From assembly GCA_963743915.1 (NCBI GenBank), contig CAVURN010000001.1, forward strand, positions 32,001 through 96,000: DNA of 64,000 nt. Reading direction: 5' to 3'. Shown here piece by piece: positions 51,709 through 61,356 of the stretch; position 1 is the stretch's first letter; every line of letters starts with the position of its first letter. The notes beneath the pieces were generated by a model. The model had not been told where the DNA came from. It did no database searches and saw nothing but the letters and a program-made list of their open reading frames with translations. The stretch is from an uncultured Actinomycetota bacterium. GTDB taxonomy: Bacteria > Actinomycetota > Actinomycetes > JAHEKZ01. A program made the position numbers and the translations under genes.

Positions 51709-52344
51709 GTGATCGAGATCCCTGACACCCCGGCGGGGCGACGCCGGCACTGGGACGCCAAGTACGCGTCGACCGCTGCCACCGAGGTGAGCTGGTTCCA
51801 GGCCTCTCCGGTGCAGTCCCGCAGGCTGCTGGCCGACTGCGGCGTCGGCCCGCAGCACAGCGTCGTCGATGTCGGGGGTGGTGTCAGCTCGCTGGCTGCG
51901 CAGCTGGTCGAGGACGGCTGGACCGATGTCACAGTGCTGGACGTGTCATCCGAAGCACTGGCAGCGGCGCAGGCTCGGTGCCCCGAGCCGCAGCGGATCC
52001 ACTGGCTCGACGCGGACCTGCTGCAGTGGACGCCGGACCGCGCGTACGACGTCTGGCACGACCGGGCGGTGTTCCACTTCCTGGTCGACGACGCCGACGT
52101 GGTCACCTACCGCCGAACGCTTAGGGAAGCGCTCGCCCCCGGAGGGGTCGCGATCGTGGCCACCTTCGCCGCCGACGGCCCCACCCACTGCTCCGGGCTG
52201 CCCGTCCACCGGTACGACGCCGACGAGCTGGTCGAGGCTCTGGGTCCGGGGCTCACGGTGGTCGAGACGGCCCGCGAGGAGCACCACACACCTTCGGGGT
52301 CGGTCCAGCCCTTCACCTGGGTCGCCCTCCGGCTCGACGGGTGA
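51709..52344 (+). CDS. Class I SAM-dependent methyltransferase
   Basis: HWDAKY..VSWFQ, VDVGGG.S.L, YDVWHDRAVFHFL and GPTHCSGLPV. Confidence 0.88.
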   Translation: MIEIPDTPAGRRRHWDAKYASTAATEVSWFQASPVQSRRLLADCGVGPQHSVVDVGGGVSSLAAQLVEDGWTDVTVLDVSSEALAAAQARCPEPQRIHWLDADLLQWTPDRAYDVWHDRAVFHFLVDDADVVTYRRTLREALAPGGVAIVATFAADGPTHCSGLPVHRYDADELVEALGPGLTVVETAREEHHTPSGSVQPFTWVALRLDG

Positions 52345-52347
52345 GGC

Positions 52348-52400
52348 TCAAGACTGGAAACTTCTGCCGTCGTCGTCGGCCTTTGTTTCCACTCTCGGCG
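52348..52400. repeat. REP-like palindromic element, copy 2
   Basis: TGGAAAC..GCCG-7nt-CGGC..GTTTCCA between convergent genes; inverted copy of the element at 6209. Confidence 0.6.
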
Positions 52401-52413
52401 TGAATGCTGGGCA

Positions 52414-53001
52414 TCAGGGGTCAAGGCGTCTGTCGAGACGCTGGGACAGCTGTGCGAGAGCCCGCTCGGCGGACACCGCGACGGCTGTTTCGGGGTCGAC
52501 GAGAGCCGTCCGCACGGCGGCGACGTGTTCGCCCTCGCCAACCACCCCCAGCGCTGCCACGGCTGCGGAGCGGACACGTGCGATCGGGTCCGCACACAGC
52601 GTGGCCAGGGCGTCCGCCAGCTGACCGATCTCGTGACGGCGAGCGACCTTGGCCGCCATCTCGCGCACCCGCCATGCGGGATCGTCCAGGGCCACACCCA
52701 CGGCGTCCGTCGCCGTCGGAGACCACGAGTGCAGCACGGCCCGAGCGGCCCAGACCCGGGTCCAGTGGACATGCACCGGGTCGGTCAGCTGGTGCCTGGT
52801 CATCAGCTCGGCCGCGTGATGACCGCCGAGCCACAGGATCGAGGGCAGGTCGGGGTCGTCGGGGGCACAGCCAGCGGTCATCAGGTCGGACGCCCAGCGC
52901 GCCACTGCCTCGGCGCCGATCCGGTCGGTGAGGAGTCGCACCCGCGCCGCGGGGGCGAGCGCGATCTCGGCCTCCGTTGGAACTCGATCCGGAGGTGCCA
53001 T
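52414..53001 (-). CDS. HEAT-repeat protein
   Basis: WTRVWAARA, ALDDPAWRVREMAAKV, DPIARVRSAAVAALG and DPETAV; ATG 6 nt after CAGGAT. Confidence 0.82.
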   Translation of the reverse strand: MAPPDRVPTEAEIALAPAARVRLLTDRIGAEAVARWASDLMTAGCAPDDPDLPSILWLGGHHAAELMTRHQLTDPVHVHWTRVWAARAVLHSWSPTATDAVGVALDDPAWRVREMAAKVARRHEIGQLADALATLCADPIARVRSAAVAALGVVGEGEHVAAVRTALVDPETAVAVSAERALAQLSQRLDRRLDP

Positions 53002-53050
53002 GCGGCCATCCTGGACTGTCTCAGATGGTGAGACCAGGTTCCGCGCGACT

Positions 53051-53068
53051 TTGTGCGCTCCTTCACAA
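53051..53068. promoter_or_regulatory. Rex operator (ROP)
   Basis: TTGTGCGCTCCTTCACAA matches TTGTGAA-N4-TTCACAA; lies just upstream of -10 TAACCT (53074) of rex. Confidence 0.85.
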
Positions 53069-53181
53069 GCGCCTAACCTGAGGCGAGCCCGTTCCCCAGC
53101 ACTGGCCCGGCTCGCGCCCAGCGCGACCCCCGGCCCCAGGACCGGGGCCGGGCATGTTCCGTAGCCAGCAGAGGACCCGCC

Positions 53182-53874
53182 GTGACCGACCGCGCCGCCC
53201 AGGGCCGCGACGTCGGCGCGCGCCGGAGCGGGGTGCCGGAGGCCACCGTGGGCCGGCTGCCGCTCTACCACCGGGTCCTCGTCGACCTCTCGGACGCCGG
53301 GGTCTCGACGGTCTCCTCCGACGGCCTGGCCACCGCCGCCGGCGTCAGCCCGGCCAAGCTGCGCAAGGACCTCTCCTTCCTCGGTTCGTACGGCACCCGT
53401 GGCGTGGGCTACGACGTCTCGGTGCTCATCGACCAGATCGGGGCCGAGCTCGGCATCACCTCGGAGTGGCCGGTCGTGATCATCGGCGTCGGCCACCTGG
53501 GCCACGCCCTGGCCAACTACGGCGGCTTCGCGTCGCGGGGATTCCGTCTGGTGGCACTGCTCGACGACGACCCTGCGGTGCTCGGCACCGAGGTGGCCGG
53601 CATCGTGGTCCGGCCCTCGCACGACCTCGGCCTCGTGGCGCGCGCCGAGGGCGCCCTCATCGGCGTCATCGCCACGCCACCGGCGGCGGCACAGCAGGTG
53701 GCCGACGCCCTGGTCTCCTGCGGGGTGCGGAGCATCTTGAACTTCGCGCCGGTCGTGCTCACGGTGCCCACCGACGTCGACGTGCGCAGGGTCGACCTCG
53801 CCAGTGAGCTGCAGATCCTCGCCTTCCACCAGCAGCGGCGCAGCGTCGACGCGATCGAGCAGGTGGCGCGATGA
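53182..53874 (+). CDS. rex: Redox-sensing repressor Rex
   Basis: PEATVGRLPLY, LRKDLS.LGSYGTRGVGY, IGVGHLG.AL.NY and ILNFAP. Confidence 0.97.
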   Translation: MTDRAAQGRDVGARRSGVPEATVGRLPLYHRVLVDLSDAGVSTVSSDGLATAAGVSPAKLRKDLSFLGSYGTRGVGYDVSVLIDQIGAELGITSEWPVVIIGVGHLGHALANYGGFASRGFRLVALLDDDPAVLGTEVAGIVVRPSHDLGLVARAEGALIGVIATPPAAAQQVADALVSCGVRSILNFAPVVLTVPTDVDVRRVDLASELQILAFHQQRRSVDAIEQVAR

Positions 53875-55175
53875 GCCTGATCGCCCTCGGGGTGTCCCAC
53901 CACACCGCGCCCGTCCCGATGCTGGAGCGTCTCACGCTGCCGGCCGACGCCCAGGGCAAGCTGCTGCACGAGCTGCGCGAGAACCCCTCCGTCGGTGAGG
54001 CGATGGTCGTCGCCACCTGCAACCGCGTCGAGGTGTACGTCGACGCGGACAAGTTCCACCCCGCGGTGGACGCAGCGACCGAGGGGCTCTCGCGTGCCAC
54101 CGGCGTCCCGTCGGACGAGCTGGTGCCGCACCTGTACGTGCACTACGAGGACCGGGCGGTCCAGCACCTGTTCTCCGTGGCCAGTGGTCTCGACTCGATG
54201 GTCGTCGGTGAGGCACAGATCCTCGGGCAGGTGCGCCAGTCGTTGCGCGCAGCCCAGGACGAGGGCGCGCTCGGTCGCCAGCTCAACGACCTGGTCCAGA
54301 CCGCGCTACGGGTGGGCAAGCGCGCACACGCCGAGACCGGCATCGACCAGGCAGGAGCGTCGCTCGTGAGCGTCGGTCTCGACCTTGCGGACCGGTCGCT
54401 CGAGGGCCTGGCCGGACGCACCGCTCTCGTGGTGGGCGCGGGCTCCATGGCGGCGCTGGCAGCAGCCACTGCCTCGCGCGCCGGTATGCGGGTGGTCGTC
54501 GTCAACCGCACCCCAGAACGCGCCGCCCAGCTGGCGTCGAAGGTCGACGGTGTCGCGGTGTCCCTCGAACAGCTGGCGGACGCCGTCGTCGACGCCGATC
54601 TCGTCGTGTCCTGCACGGGAGCTCTCGGGCACGTCGTCCCCGCTGACGTCGTCGCCGAGGCTCGCGCCCGCGCCGGTCACTCACCCGTCGTGCTGCTCGA
54701 CCTCGCGATGCCACGCGACATCGATCCCGAGGTGCTGGGCGTCCACGGCGTCACGCTCATCGACCTGGAAGACCTCGGCGCGCTGCTGAGCGACGGTCAG
54801 TACGAGCAGGACGTCGAGGGCGTACGACGCATCGTGGGTGCCGAGGTGCAGAACTACCTGGCGCAGCGCGTGTCCGAGCGGGTGGCCCCGACGGTGGTCG
54901 CCCTGCGGGCCATGGCGTCGGACATCGTGGCGGCCGAGCTGGAGTGGTTCGCAGCACGGCGTCCGGATCTGGCCCCCGCTGACCGCGCGGACGTCGAGCA
55001 GCTGGTTCGGCGAGTGGTCGACAAGCTCATGCACGCACCGACGGTGCGGGTGAAAGAGCTCGCGTCCGAACCAGACGGCGAGGCCTACGCCGAGGCCCTG
55101 CATCGCCTCTTCGACCTCGACCTTCGCACCGTCGAGGCCCTCCGCACGCCGGAGACCAAGGAGGGCGGCCGATGA
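53871..55175 (+). CDS. hemA: Glutamyl-tRNA reductase
   Basis: SHHTAP, ATCNRVE, SGLDSMVVGEAQILGQ, VVGAGSM and DLAMPRD. Confidence 0.97.
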   Translation: MSLIALGVSHHTAPVPMLERLTLPADAQGKLLHELRENPSVGEAMVVATCNRVEVYVDADKFHPAVDAATEGLSRATGVPSDELVPHLYVHYEDRAVQHLFSVASGLDSMVVGEAQILGQVRQSLRAAQDEGALGRQLNDLVQTALRVGKRAHAETGIDQAGASLVSVGLDLADRSLEGLAGRTALVVGAGSMAALAAATASRAGMRVVVVNRTPERAAQLASKVDGVAVSLEQLADAVVDADLVVSCTGALGHVVPADVVAEARARAGHSPVVLLDLAMPRDIDPEVLGVHGVTLIDLEDLGALLSDGQYEQDVEGVRRIVGAEVQNYLAQRVSERVAPTVVALRAMASDIVAAELEWFAARRPDLAPADRADVEQLVRRVVDKLMHAPTVRVKELASEPDGEAYAEALHRLFDLDLRTVEALRTPETKEGGR

Positions 55176-56104
55176 ACGCCCTCCGTCTCGGAACCCGCAA
55201 GAGTGCGCTGGCGCTCGCGCAGTCGACCCTCGTCGCGGACGCCATCCGCTCCGCCACCGGCCGTGAGGTCGAGCTCGTGCACGTGACGACGCAGGGGGAC
55301 GTGTCGCGTGACTCCCTCGCCTCGATCGGCGGCACAGGAGTCTTCGTCAGCGCACTGCGCGACGCACTGCTGATGGGCGAGATCGACGTCGCCGTGCACT
55401 CGCTGAAGGATCTGCCCACCGCCGACCTCCCCGAGCTCGAGCTGATCGCGGTGCCTGAGCGGGCCGACGCGCGGGACGCCCTCGTCGCACGTGAGGGCCA
55501 CACGCTCACCTCCCTGCCTTCGGGGGCGACGGTGGGCACCGGGTCACCCCGTCGCGCTGCCCAGATCAAGGCGTTGCGCCACGACCTCGACGTCGTCGAC
55601 ATCCGCGGCAACGTCGACACCCGGATCGGCCTGGTCGAGTCCGGCGCCGTCGATGCGGTCGTCCTGGCGAAGGCGGGTCTGGAGCGCCTGGGACGGCTGG
55701 ACGCCGTGACCGAGACGATCGATCCCTCGGTCATGCTCCCTGCCCCTGGTCAGGGAGCCCTTGCGGTCGAGGTCGTGCGTGACCTCGCCGGTGACGACCG
55801 GCACGCAGTGCTGCGTGAGCTCGATGACGCCGCCACGCGTGCGGCCGTCACCGCCGAGCGGGCCGTGCTCGCCGCCCTCGAGGCCGGCTGCTCGGCTCCG
55901 GTCGGCGCCCTGGGAACCGTTTCCGAGCTGGGGTTCAGCGAGCCCGAGCTCACCCTGGAGGCGCTCGCCGCCTCGCCGGACGGCTCGTCCGTCGCACGTC
56001 TGTCCATCACCGCGCCTCTGCTCGAGGCCGACGCGGCGGGCCGCCAGCTCGCCGCCCGGTTGCTCGACAGCGGCGTACCCGCCACATCGAGGGAACATCT
56101 GTGA
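55172..56104 (+). CDS. hemC: Hydroxymethylbilane synthase
   Basis: LGTRKSALA, AVHSLKD, RGNVDTR, PAPGQGAL and GCSAPVG. Confidence 0.97.
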   Translation: MNALRLGTRKSALALAQSTLVADAIRSATGREVELVHVTTQGDVSRDSLASIGGTGVFVSALRDALLMGEIDVAVHSLKDLPTADLPELELIAVPERADARDALVAREGHTLTSLPSGATVGTGSPRRAAQIKALRHDLDVVDIRGNVDTRIGLVESGAVDAVVLAKAGLERLGRLDAVTETIDPSVMLPAPGQGALAVEVVRDLAGDDRHAVLRELDDAATRAAVTAERAVLAALEAGCSAPVGALGTVSELGFSEPELTLEALAASPDGSSVARLSITAPLLEADAAGRQLAARLLDSGVPATSREHL

Positions 56105-57715
56105 GTACACGCACGACCAAGAAGAAGCCTGTCGGCAGCGTCGCGTTCGTCGGTGCCGGACCGGGCGACCCCGAGCTGCTCACCCTGCGGGCGGTCGACG
56201 TGCTGCGTCGAGCCGACGTGGTGGTGATCGACCAGGGCGCCTCGCGCGCTGCTGCCGACGCCTACGCGCCGGCCGACGTCGAGGTCGTCGACGCGTCCTG
56301 CGGGCAGGACGGGCAGCCGCTGACGCACGCCGCGCGCGCCAAGCTCGTGACCATGGCGGCCAAGAAGGGCGGCACCGTCGTCCGGCTGATGGACGGTGAC
56401 CCGGCGCTCTTCCACGGCTTCGCCGAAGAGGCGCTGGCGTGCGACAGGAACGGGATCCCGTTCGAGGTCGTGCCCGGCGCGTCAGCGGTCACGGCCGTCC
56501 CGACGTTTGCGGGTGTCCCACTGACCACGGCCAAGACCCGCGCCGTGCACGTGGTCAGCGCCGCAGAGGCCAAGCCCGACTGGTCGGCGAGTGTCGACGC
56601 GCACACCACCGTCGTCGTGCTCGGCGGTGCCGCGCGGATCGGCTGAGGCCGCCTCCGGTCTGATCGCCGCCGGGCGTGATGGCGACACCGAGATCGCGGT
56701 GACGGCGCACGGTTCGGTGACCGAGCAGCGGACGGTCGTGTCCTCCCTGGCGACCGTGGCGAAGGAGCTCAAGGCCGCCAGGCTCGAAGAGCCGATGCTC
56801 GCCGTCGTCGGCGAGGGCGTCGCCCTGCGCGAGCGTCTCTCGTGGTTCGAGTCCAAGCCGCTCTTCGGCTGGCGGGTCCTGGTGCCGCGCACCAAGGAGC
56901 AGGCAGCGTCGCTGTCGGAGCAGCTGCGTCGGTACGGCGCGGTGCCCGTCGAGGTTCCGACCATTTCGGTGGAGCCGCCGCGCACCCCGCAGCAGATGGA
57001 CCGCGCCCTTCACGGACTGGTCTCGGGCCGCTACCAGTGGATCGCCTTCACCTCGGTCAACGCCGTGCGCGCGATCCGCGAGAAGTTCGAGGAGTACGGC
57101 CTCGACGCCCGGGCCTTCGCGGGCATCAAGGTCGCGGCCGTGGGCGAGCAGACCGCTGCGTCGCTGGTGGCCTTCGGCGTCAAGCCCGACCTCGTCCCGA
57201 GCGGTGAGCAGTCCGCTGCCGGGCTGCTGGAGGACTGGCCGGCCTACGACGACGTGTTCGACCCCATCAACCGGGTGTTCCTGCCCCGTGCCGACATCGC
57301 CACCGAGACCCTCGTGGCCGGGCTCATCGAGCTCGGCTGGGAGGTCGAGGACGTCACGGCGTACCGCACGGTGCGAGCTGCGCCCCCCGCGGCAGAGATC
57401 CGCGAGGCGATCAAGACCGGTGGGTTCGACGCCGTCCTCTTCACCTCGTCGAGCACGGTGCGGAACCTGATCGGTATCGCGGGCAAGCCGCACGCCAGCA
57501 CGGTCGTCGCCTGCATCGGCCCGCAGACGGCCAAGACGGCCGAGGAGCACGGCCTGCGGGTCGACGTCCTGGCCGAGAAGCCGTCGGTGGTGGTGCTGGC
57601 CGAGGGTCTCGCCGAGTTCGGTGGGTCCATGCGGCACGCGGCGCTGGAGCACGGCGAGTCCGTGTGGCGTCCGAGCCTGCGCCGTGCGTCCGCGCGCCGC
57701 AAGGCTTCCAAGTAG
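56101..57715 (+). CDS. hemD: Bifunctional uroporphyrinogen-III methyltransferase-like / uroporphyrinogen-III synthase (one +1 frameshift near 56641)
   Basis: GAGPGDPELLT; SWFESKPLFGWRVLVPRTK; AYRTV; FTSSSTV; CIGP.T. Confidence 0.93.
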
Positions 57716-57726
57716 CGAGGTCAGAC

Positions 57727-58709
57727 ATGGCGTTCCCCACCGACCGACCGCGGCGACTGCGCCGTACGGCAGCGCTGCGGCGGTTGGTGGAGGAGACGCG
57801 GTTGCACCCGGCCGACCTCGTGCTGCCGCTCTTCGTGAAGGAAGGCATCGCGGATCCCCAGCCGGTGGCGTCCATGCCGGGGGTGGTGCAGCACACGCTC
57901 GAGTCGCTGCGGAAGGCGGCCACCACCGCGCTCGAGGCGGGGGTCGGAGGGTTGATCCTCTTCGGCATCCCTGATGCCAAGGACGCGCTGGGGTCTCAGG
58001 CGGACGCCGACGACGGCATCGTGCAGCAGGCGCTGCGGGCACTGCGCGCGGACCTCGGTGCCGACGCCGTGCTCATGGCCGACCTCTGCCTGTGCGAGTA
58101 CACCGACCACGGCCACTGCGGCCCGCTCACCGCTGATCGTTCGACCGTCGACAACGACGTCACGCTCGTGCGGTACGCGTCTGTCGCTGTGGCGCAGGTC
58201 GAGGCCGGGGCCGACATCGTCGCGCCCAGCGGGATGATGGACGGTCAGGTCGCCGTCATCCGGGACGCCATCGACGACGGCCGGGTATGCGGACCGGGCG
58301 ATCCTTGCCTACGCCGCCAAGTACGCCTCTGCCTTCTACGGCCCGTTCCGGGACGCAGCCGAGAGCACGCCCGTCTTTCGGCGACCGGCGTGCCTACCAG
58401 ATGGACCCGGCCAACGCCGATGAGGCGCTGCGCGAGGTCTTCGCCGACCTCGAGCAGGGCGCGGACGCCGTCATGGTGAAGCCGGCGGGGCCCTACCTGG
58501 ACATCGTGGAGCGGGTCAGCTCTGCGGTCGACGTCCCGGTCGCGGCGTACCAGGTGAGCGGTGAGTACGCGATGGTCGAGGCCGCGGCGGCCAACGGGTG
58601 GATCGAGCGGGAGCGCGCCATCGTCGAGTCGGTGACCGCCATCAGGCGGGCCGGCGCGCAGACGGTGCTGACCTACTGGGCCACCGAGCTCGCGAACTCC
58701 CTCCGCTGA
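57727..58709 (+). CDS. hemB: Porphobilinogen synthase (two +1 frameshifts near 58280 and 58371)
   Basis: [25 protein letters not shown], restored [20 protein letters not shown] and AYQVSGEY. Confidence 0.95.
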
Positions 58710-58787
58710 CCCCAGGCCCGCCGAGGTTCCCCCTGGGGGTGCTCCAGGCGTGCCGAGTGTCCCTGGGTCGACGTGAAGCCGGCGTCC

Positions 58788-58801
58788 GGGACCAAGGTCC
58801 A
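58788..58801. promoter_or_regulatory. DosR/DevR-like palindrome upstream of the ABC operon
   Basis: GGGAC-CAAG-GTCCA, 23 nt upstream of -10 TACCGT (58825). Confidence 0.35.
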
Positions 58802-58849
58802 CACCGTGGATGCCTGGCGCGCCGTACCGTGGGACAGGGAGGTGCTGCC

Positions 58850-59729
58850 ATGGCTGAACCTGCGATCCGCACCGAGGGGCTGACCAAGCACTTCGGCGAC
58901 GTCGTCGCCCTCGAAGGTCTCTACACTCGAGGTGCAGCAGGGAGAGATCTTCGGCTTCCTCGGTCCCAACGGGGCCGGCAAGAGCACGACCATCCGGCTG
59001 CTGCTGAACCTGATCCGGCCCACCGCCGGAACGGCCTGGATCATGGGCATCCCGGTGGGCGACGTCGCGCAGGCGCACCGGCACGTCACCTACGTCCCTG
59101 GAGACGTGGCCCTGTGGCCGCAGCTCACCGGGGTCGAGACCTTGGAGCTGCTGGGCAACATCTCCGGGCAGGTCGACGCCCCCTTCCGGGACGAGGTGAT
59201 CGAGCGGCTGCAGCTCGACCCGAGCAAGCGGGTCCGCTCCTACTCCAAGGGCAACCGGCAGAAGATCGCGCTGGTGGCCGCGTTCATGACGCGGCCGGAC
59301 GTCCTGCTGCTGGACGAGCCCACGGCGGGACTCGACCCGCTCATGGAGGAGCAGTTCCAGCACCTGGCCCGTGAGGCGTCCGCCCGAGGACAGACGATCT
59401 TCCTGTCCTCCCACATCCTCGATGAGGTCGAGGACCTCTGCCACCGGGTCGGCATCCTCCGCGAGGGTCACCTGATCGAGGTAGCCACCCTGGACCAGCT
59501 GCAGGAGCTGGACACGACCATCTACGACATCGATCTCGAGCCGGGTTCCGTCCTGCCGAACCTGGAGGGCATCGACGGGGTGCTCTCGGCCGAGCCGCAC
59601 GGGGACGGCGTCCGCGTGACGGTGAAGGGATCCCCGTCCGCGCTGCTCCAGGTGCTCGCGCCGGTGTCCGTTCGTCAGCTGCGCACGCACACACCGTCTC
59701 TGGAGGAGATCTTCCTCAGCTACTACTGA
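58850..59729 (+). CDS. ABC-2 ATP-binding protein (one +1 frameshift near 58923)
   Basis: SD GGGAGG; MAEPAIRTEGLTKHFG; GPNGAGKST; YSKGNRQK; LDEPT; SSH. Confidence 0.92.
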
Positions 59730-59741
59730 CAGGAGGCAAGG

Positions 59742-61322
59742 GTGTCCGCGGTACTCCGGCTGTACACCCGGCTGACTCGCCGGGGAGTGCTGCTGCTCGC
59801 CCTGGGCATCGCTGCTTACGTGCTCGTCGAGGCCATCTCGTACGTGCAGACGTATCCGGACGAGGCTTCGCGCCTTCGACTGGCTGAGTTCGGGGATCAA
59901 CCGGCCGTGCGGATGCTGCAGGGCATTCCGCACGCCGTCGAGACCGTGGGTGGGTTCGTGGTCTGGGACGGTGGCTGGTTCATGCAGTCGATCATCGGGG
60001 TGTGGGCGGTCCTCATCACCTCCCGGTTGCTGCGTGGTGAGGAGGACAGTGGCCGGGCCGAGCTGGTCGGCGCCGGCCCGGTTCCTGCGTCGCAGGTGAC
60101 GAACGCGGCCCTGCTCATCGTGCTGGGGGGATGCGTGATCACCGGGCTCGCCGTCTTCGCCGCGATCCTGGTTCCCAGCGAGGACGTCCTCGGTGCCGTG
60201 CTCTTCTCGTTGGGTATGGCCGGCTTCGGCGTGGTGATGGCTGCTGCCACCGCGGTGGCCTCCCAGCTGGTGGCGGTCCGACGTCACGCGGCCGGTCTCG
60301 GCGCTGCGTTCCTGGGTGTCGCGTTCGTGCTGCGGATGATCGCGAACAGTGCTGATGATCGCCTCTGGGTGGGGTGGCTCTCGGCCTATGGGTGGATGGA
60401 TCGACTGCGCCCCTTCGGAGACGACAACATCTGGGTCCTGGGCGTCTACGCCGCAGTCAGTGCCGCCCTGATCGCGCTGGCCCTGTCCCTGCGGGCGCGC
60501 CGAGACCTGGGTGCGGCATTGCTCGCCCGCGACCGCGATGTGCGATCCCGACTGCTGCTGCTGCAGTCACCGATCCGCTTCGCGTGGCGCCTCACGTGGG
60601 GCGTCCTGCTGGCCTGGACGCTGGGCACGGCCGTGTACTCGTTCTTCATGGGCAGCCTGATGAAGGCGATGGGTGAGGTGCTCGCGGACGACCCGGCGTA
60701 CGAGATGTACCTGGAGCTGCTCGGGCTGACCAAGCAGGACGTCACGATCGGCATGGTCGCCTTCATGGCGGTGATCGTGGGCCTGGTCATCAGCCTCTAC
60801 GCGGCCTGGCGGATCGGAGCCGTGCGGGCCGAGGAGGACGCCGAACGCGCCGAGCACCTGCTCACGCGACCGCTCACGCGCGGTCGCTGGCTCGGTGGGC
60901 ATCTGCTGTTGGGCGTGGTCTCGGTGGTGGTGCTCATCGTGGCCAACGGCCTGGCCACCTGGCTCGGGGCGGCGATCACCGATGCCGGCGTCAGTGTCAC
61001 CGATGCGGTCGCCGCCACCGCGAACTCGCTGCCCGTGGTGCTGCTCTTCGGCGGCGTCGCTGTCGCGATGTTCGGGCTGGCTCCTCGGCTCACGATCGCC
61101 GTCCCCGTCGGCGGTGTCGTCGTGTCCTACATCCTGTCGTTCATCGGTCCGGCGCTGGACTTCCCCGGGTGGCTCACCGGACTCTCACCCTTCTACCACC
61201 TGGCGCTGGTGCCGGTTCAGGACTATGCGCTCACGCAGGGACTGGTGATGACCGGGCTGGCCCTGACCGCCACCGGGATCGGCTGGTACGCCTTCGGACG
61301 GCGCGACCTGGTGGGCGCTTGA
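59742..61322 (+). CDS. ABC-2 type exporter permease (duplicated about 12-TM type)
   Basis: Two repeats, RGEEDSGRAEL and RAEEDAERAEHLL; ends FGRRDL. Confidence 0.88.
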   Translation: MSAVLRLYTRLTRRGVLLLALGIAAYVLVEAISYVQTYPDEASRLRLAEFGDQPAVRMLQGIPHAVETVGGFVVWDGGWFMQSIIGVWAVLITSRLLRGEEDSGRAELVGAGPVPASQVTNAALLIVLGGCVITGLAVFAAILVPSEDVLGAVLFSLGMAGFGVVMAAATAVASQLVAVRRHAAGLGAAFLGVAFVLRMIANSADDRLWVGWLSAYGWMDRLRPFGDDNIWVLGVYAAVSAALIALALSLRARRDLGAALLARDRDVRSRLLLLQSPIRFAWRLTWGVLLAWTLGTAVYSFFMGSLMKAMGEVLADDPAYEMYLELLGLTKQDVTIGMVAFMAVIVGLVISLYAAWRIGAVRAEEDAERAEHLLTRPLTRGRWLGGHLLLGVVSVVVLIVANGLATWLGAAITDAGVSVTDAVAATANSLPVVLLFGGVAVAMFGLAPRLTIAVPVGGVVVSYILSFIGPALDFPGWLTGLSPFYHLALVPVQDYALTQGLVMTGLALTATGIGWYAFGRRDLVGA

Positions 61323-61349
61323 CTCTCGGGCTACCCGAGACCCTCTAAT
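61319..61349 (+). promoter_or_regulatory. MerR-type promoter: TTGACT-19bp-TCTAAT with dyad TCTCGGG-cta-CCCGAGA
   Basis: Over-long 19-bp spacer containing a perfect 7-bp inverted repeat (61324-61340). Confidence 0.8.
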
Positions 61350-61356
61350 GGCTGTC

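Noticed and set aside
56101-58709. hemD/hemB as pseudogenes or programmed frameshifts
   Set aside because: Both flanks are fully conserved, there are no slippery heptamers, and the same +1 pattern recurs in 10 unrelated genes, so sequencing error is far more likely
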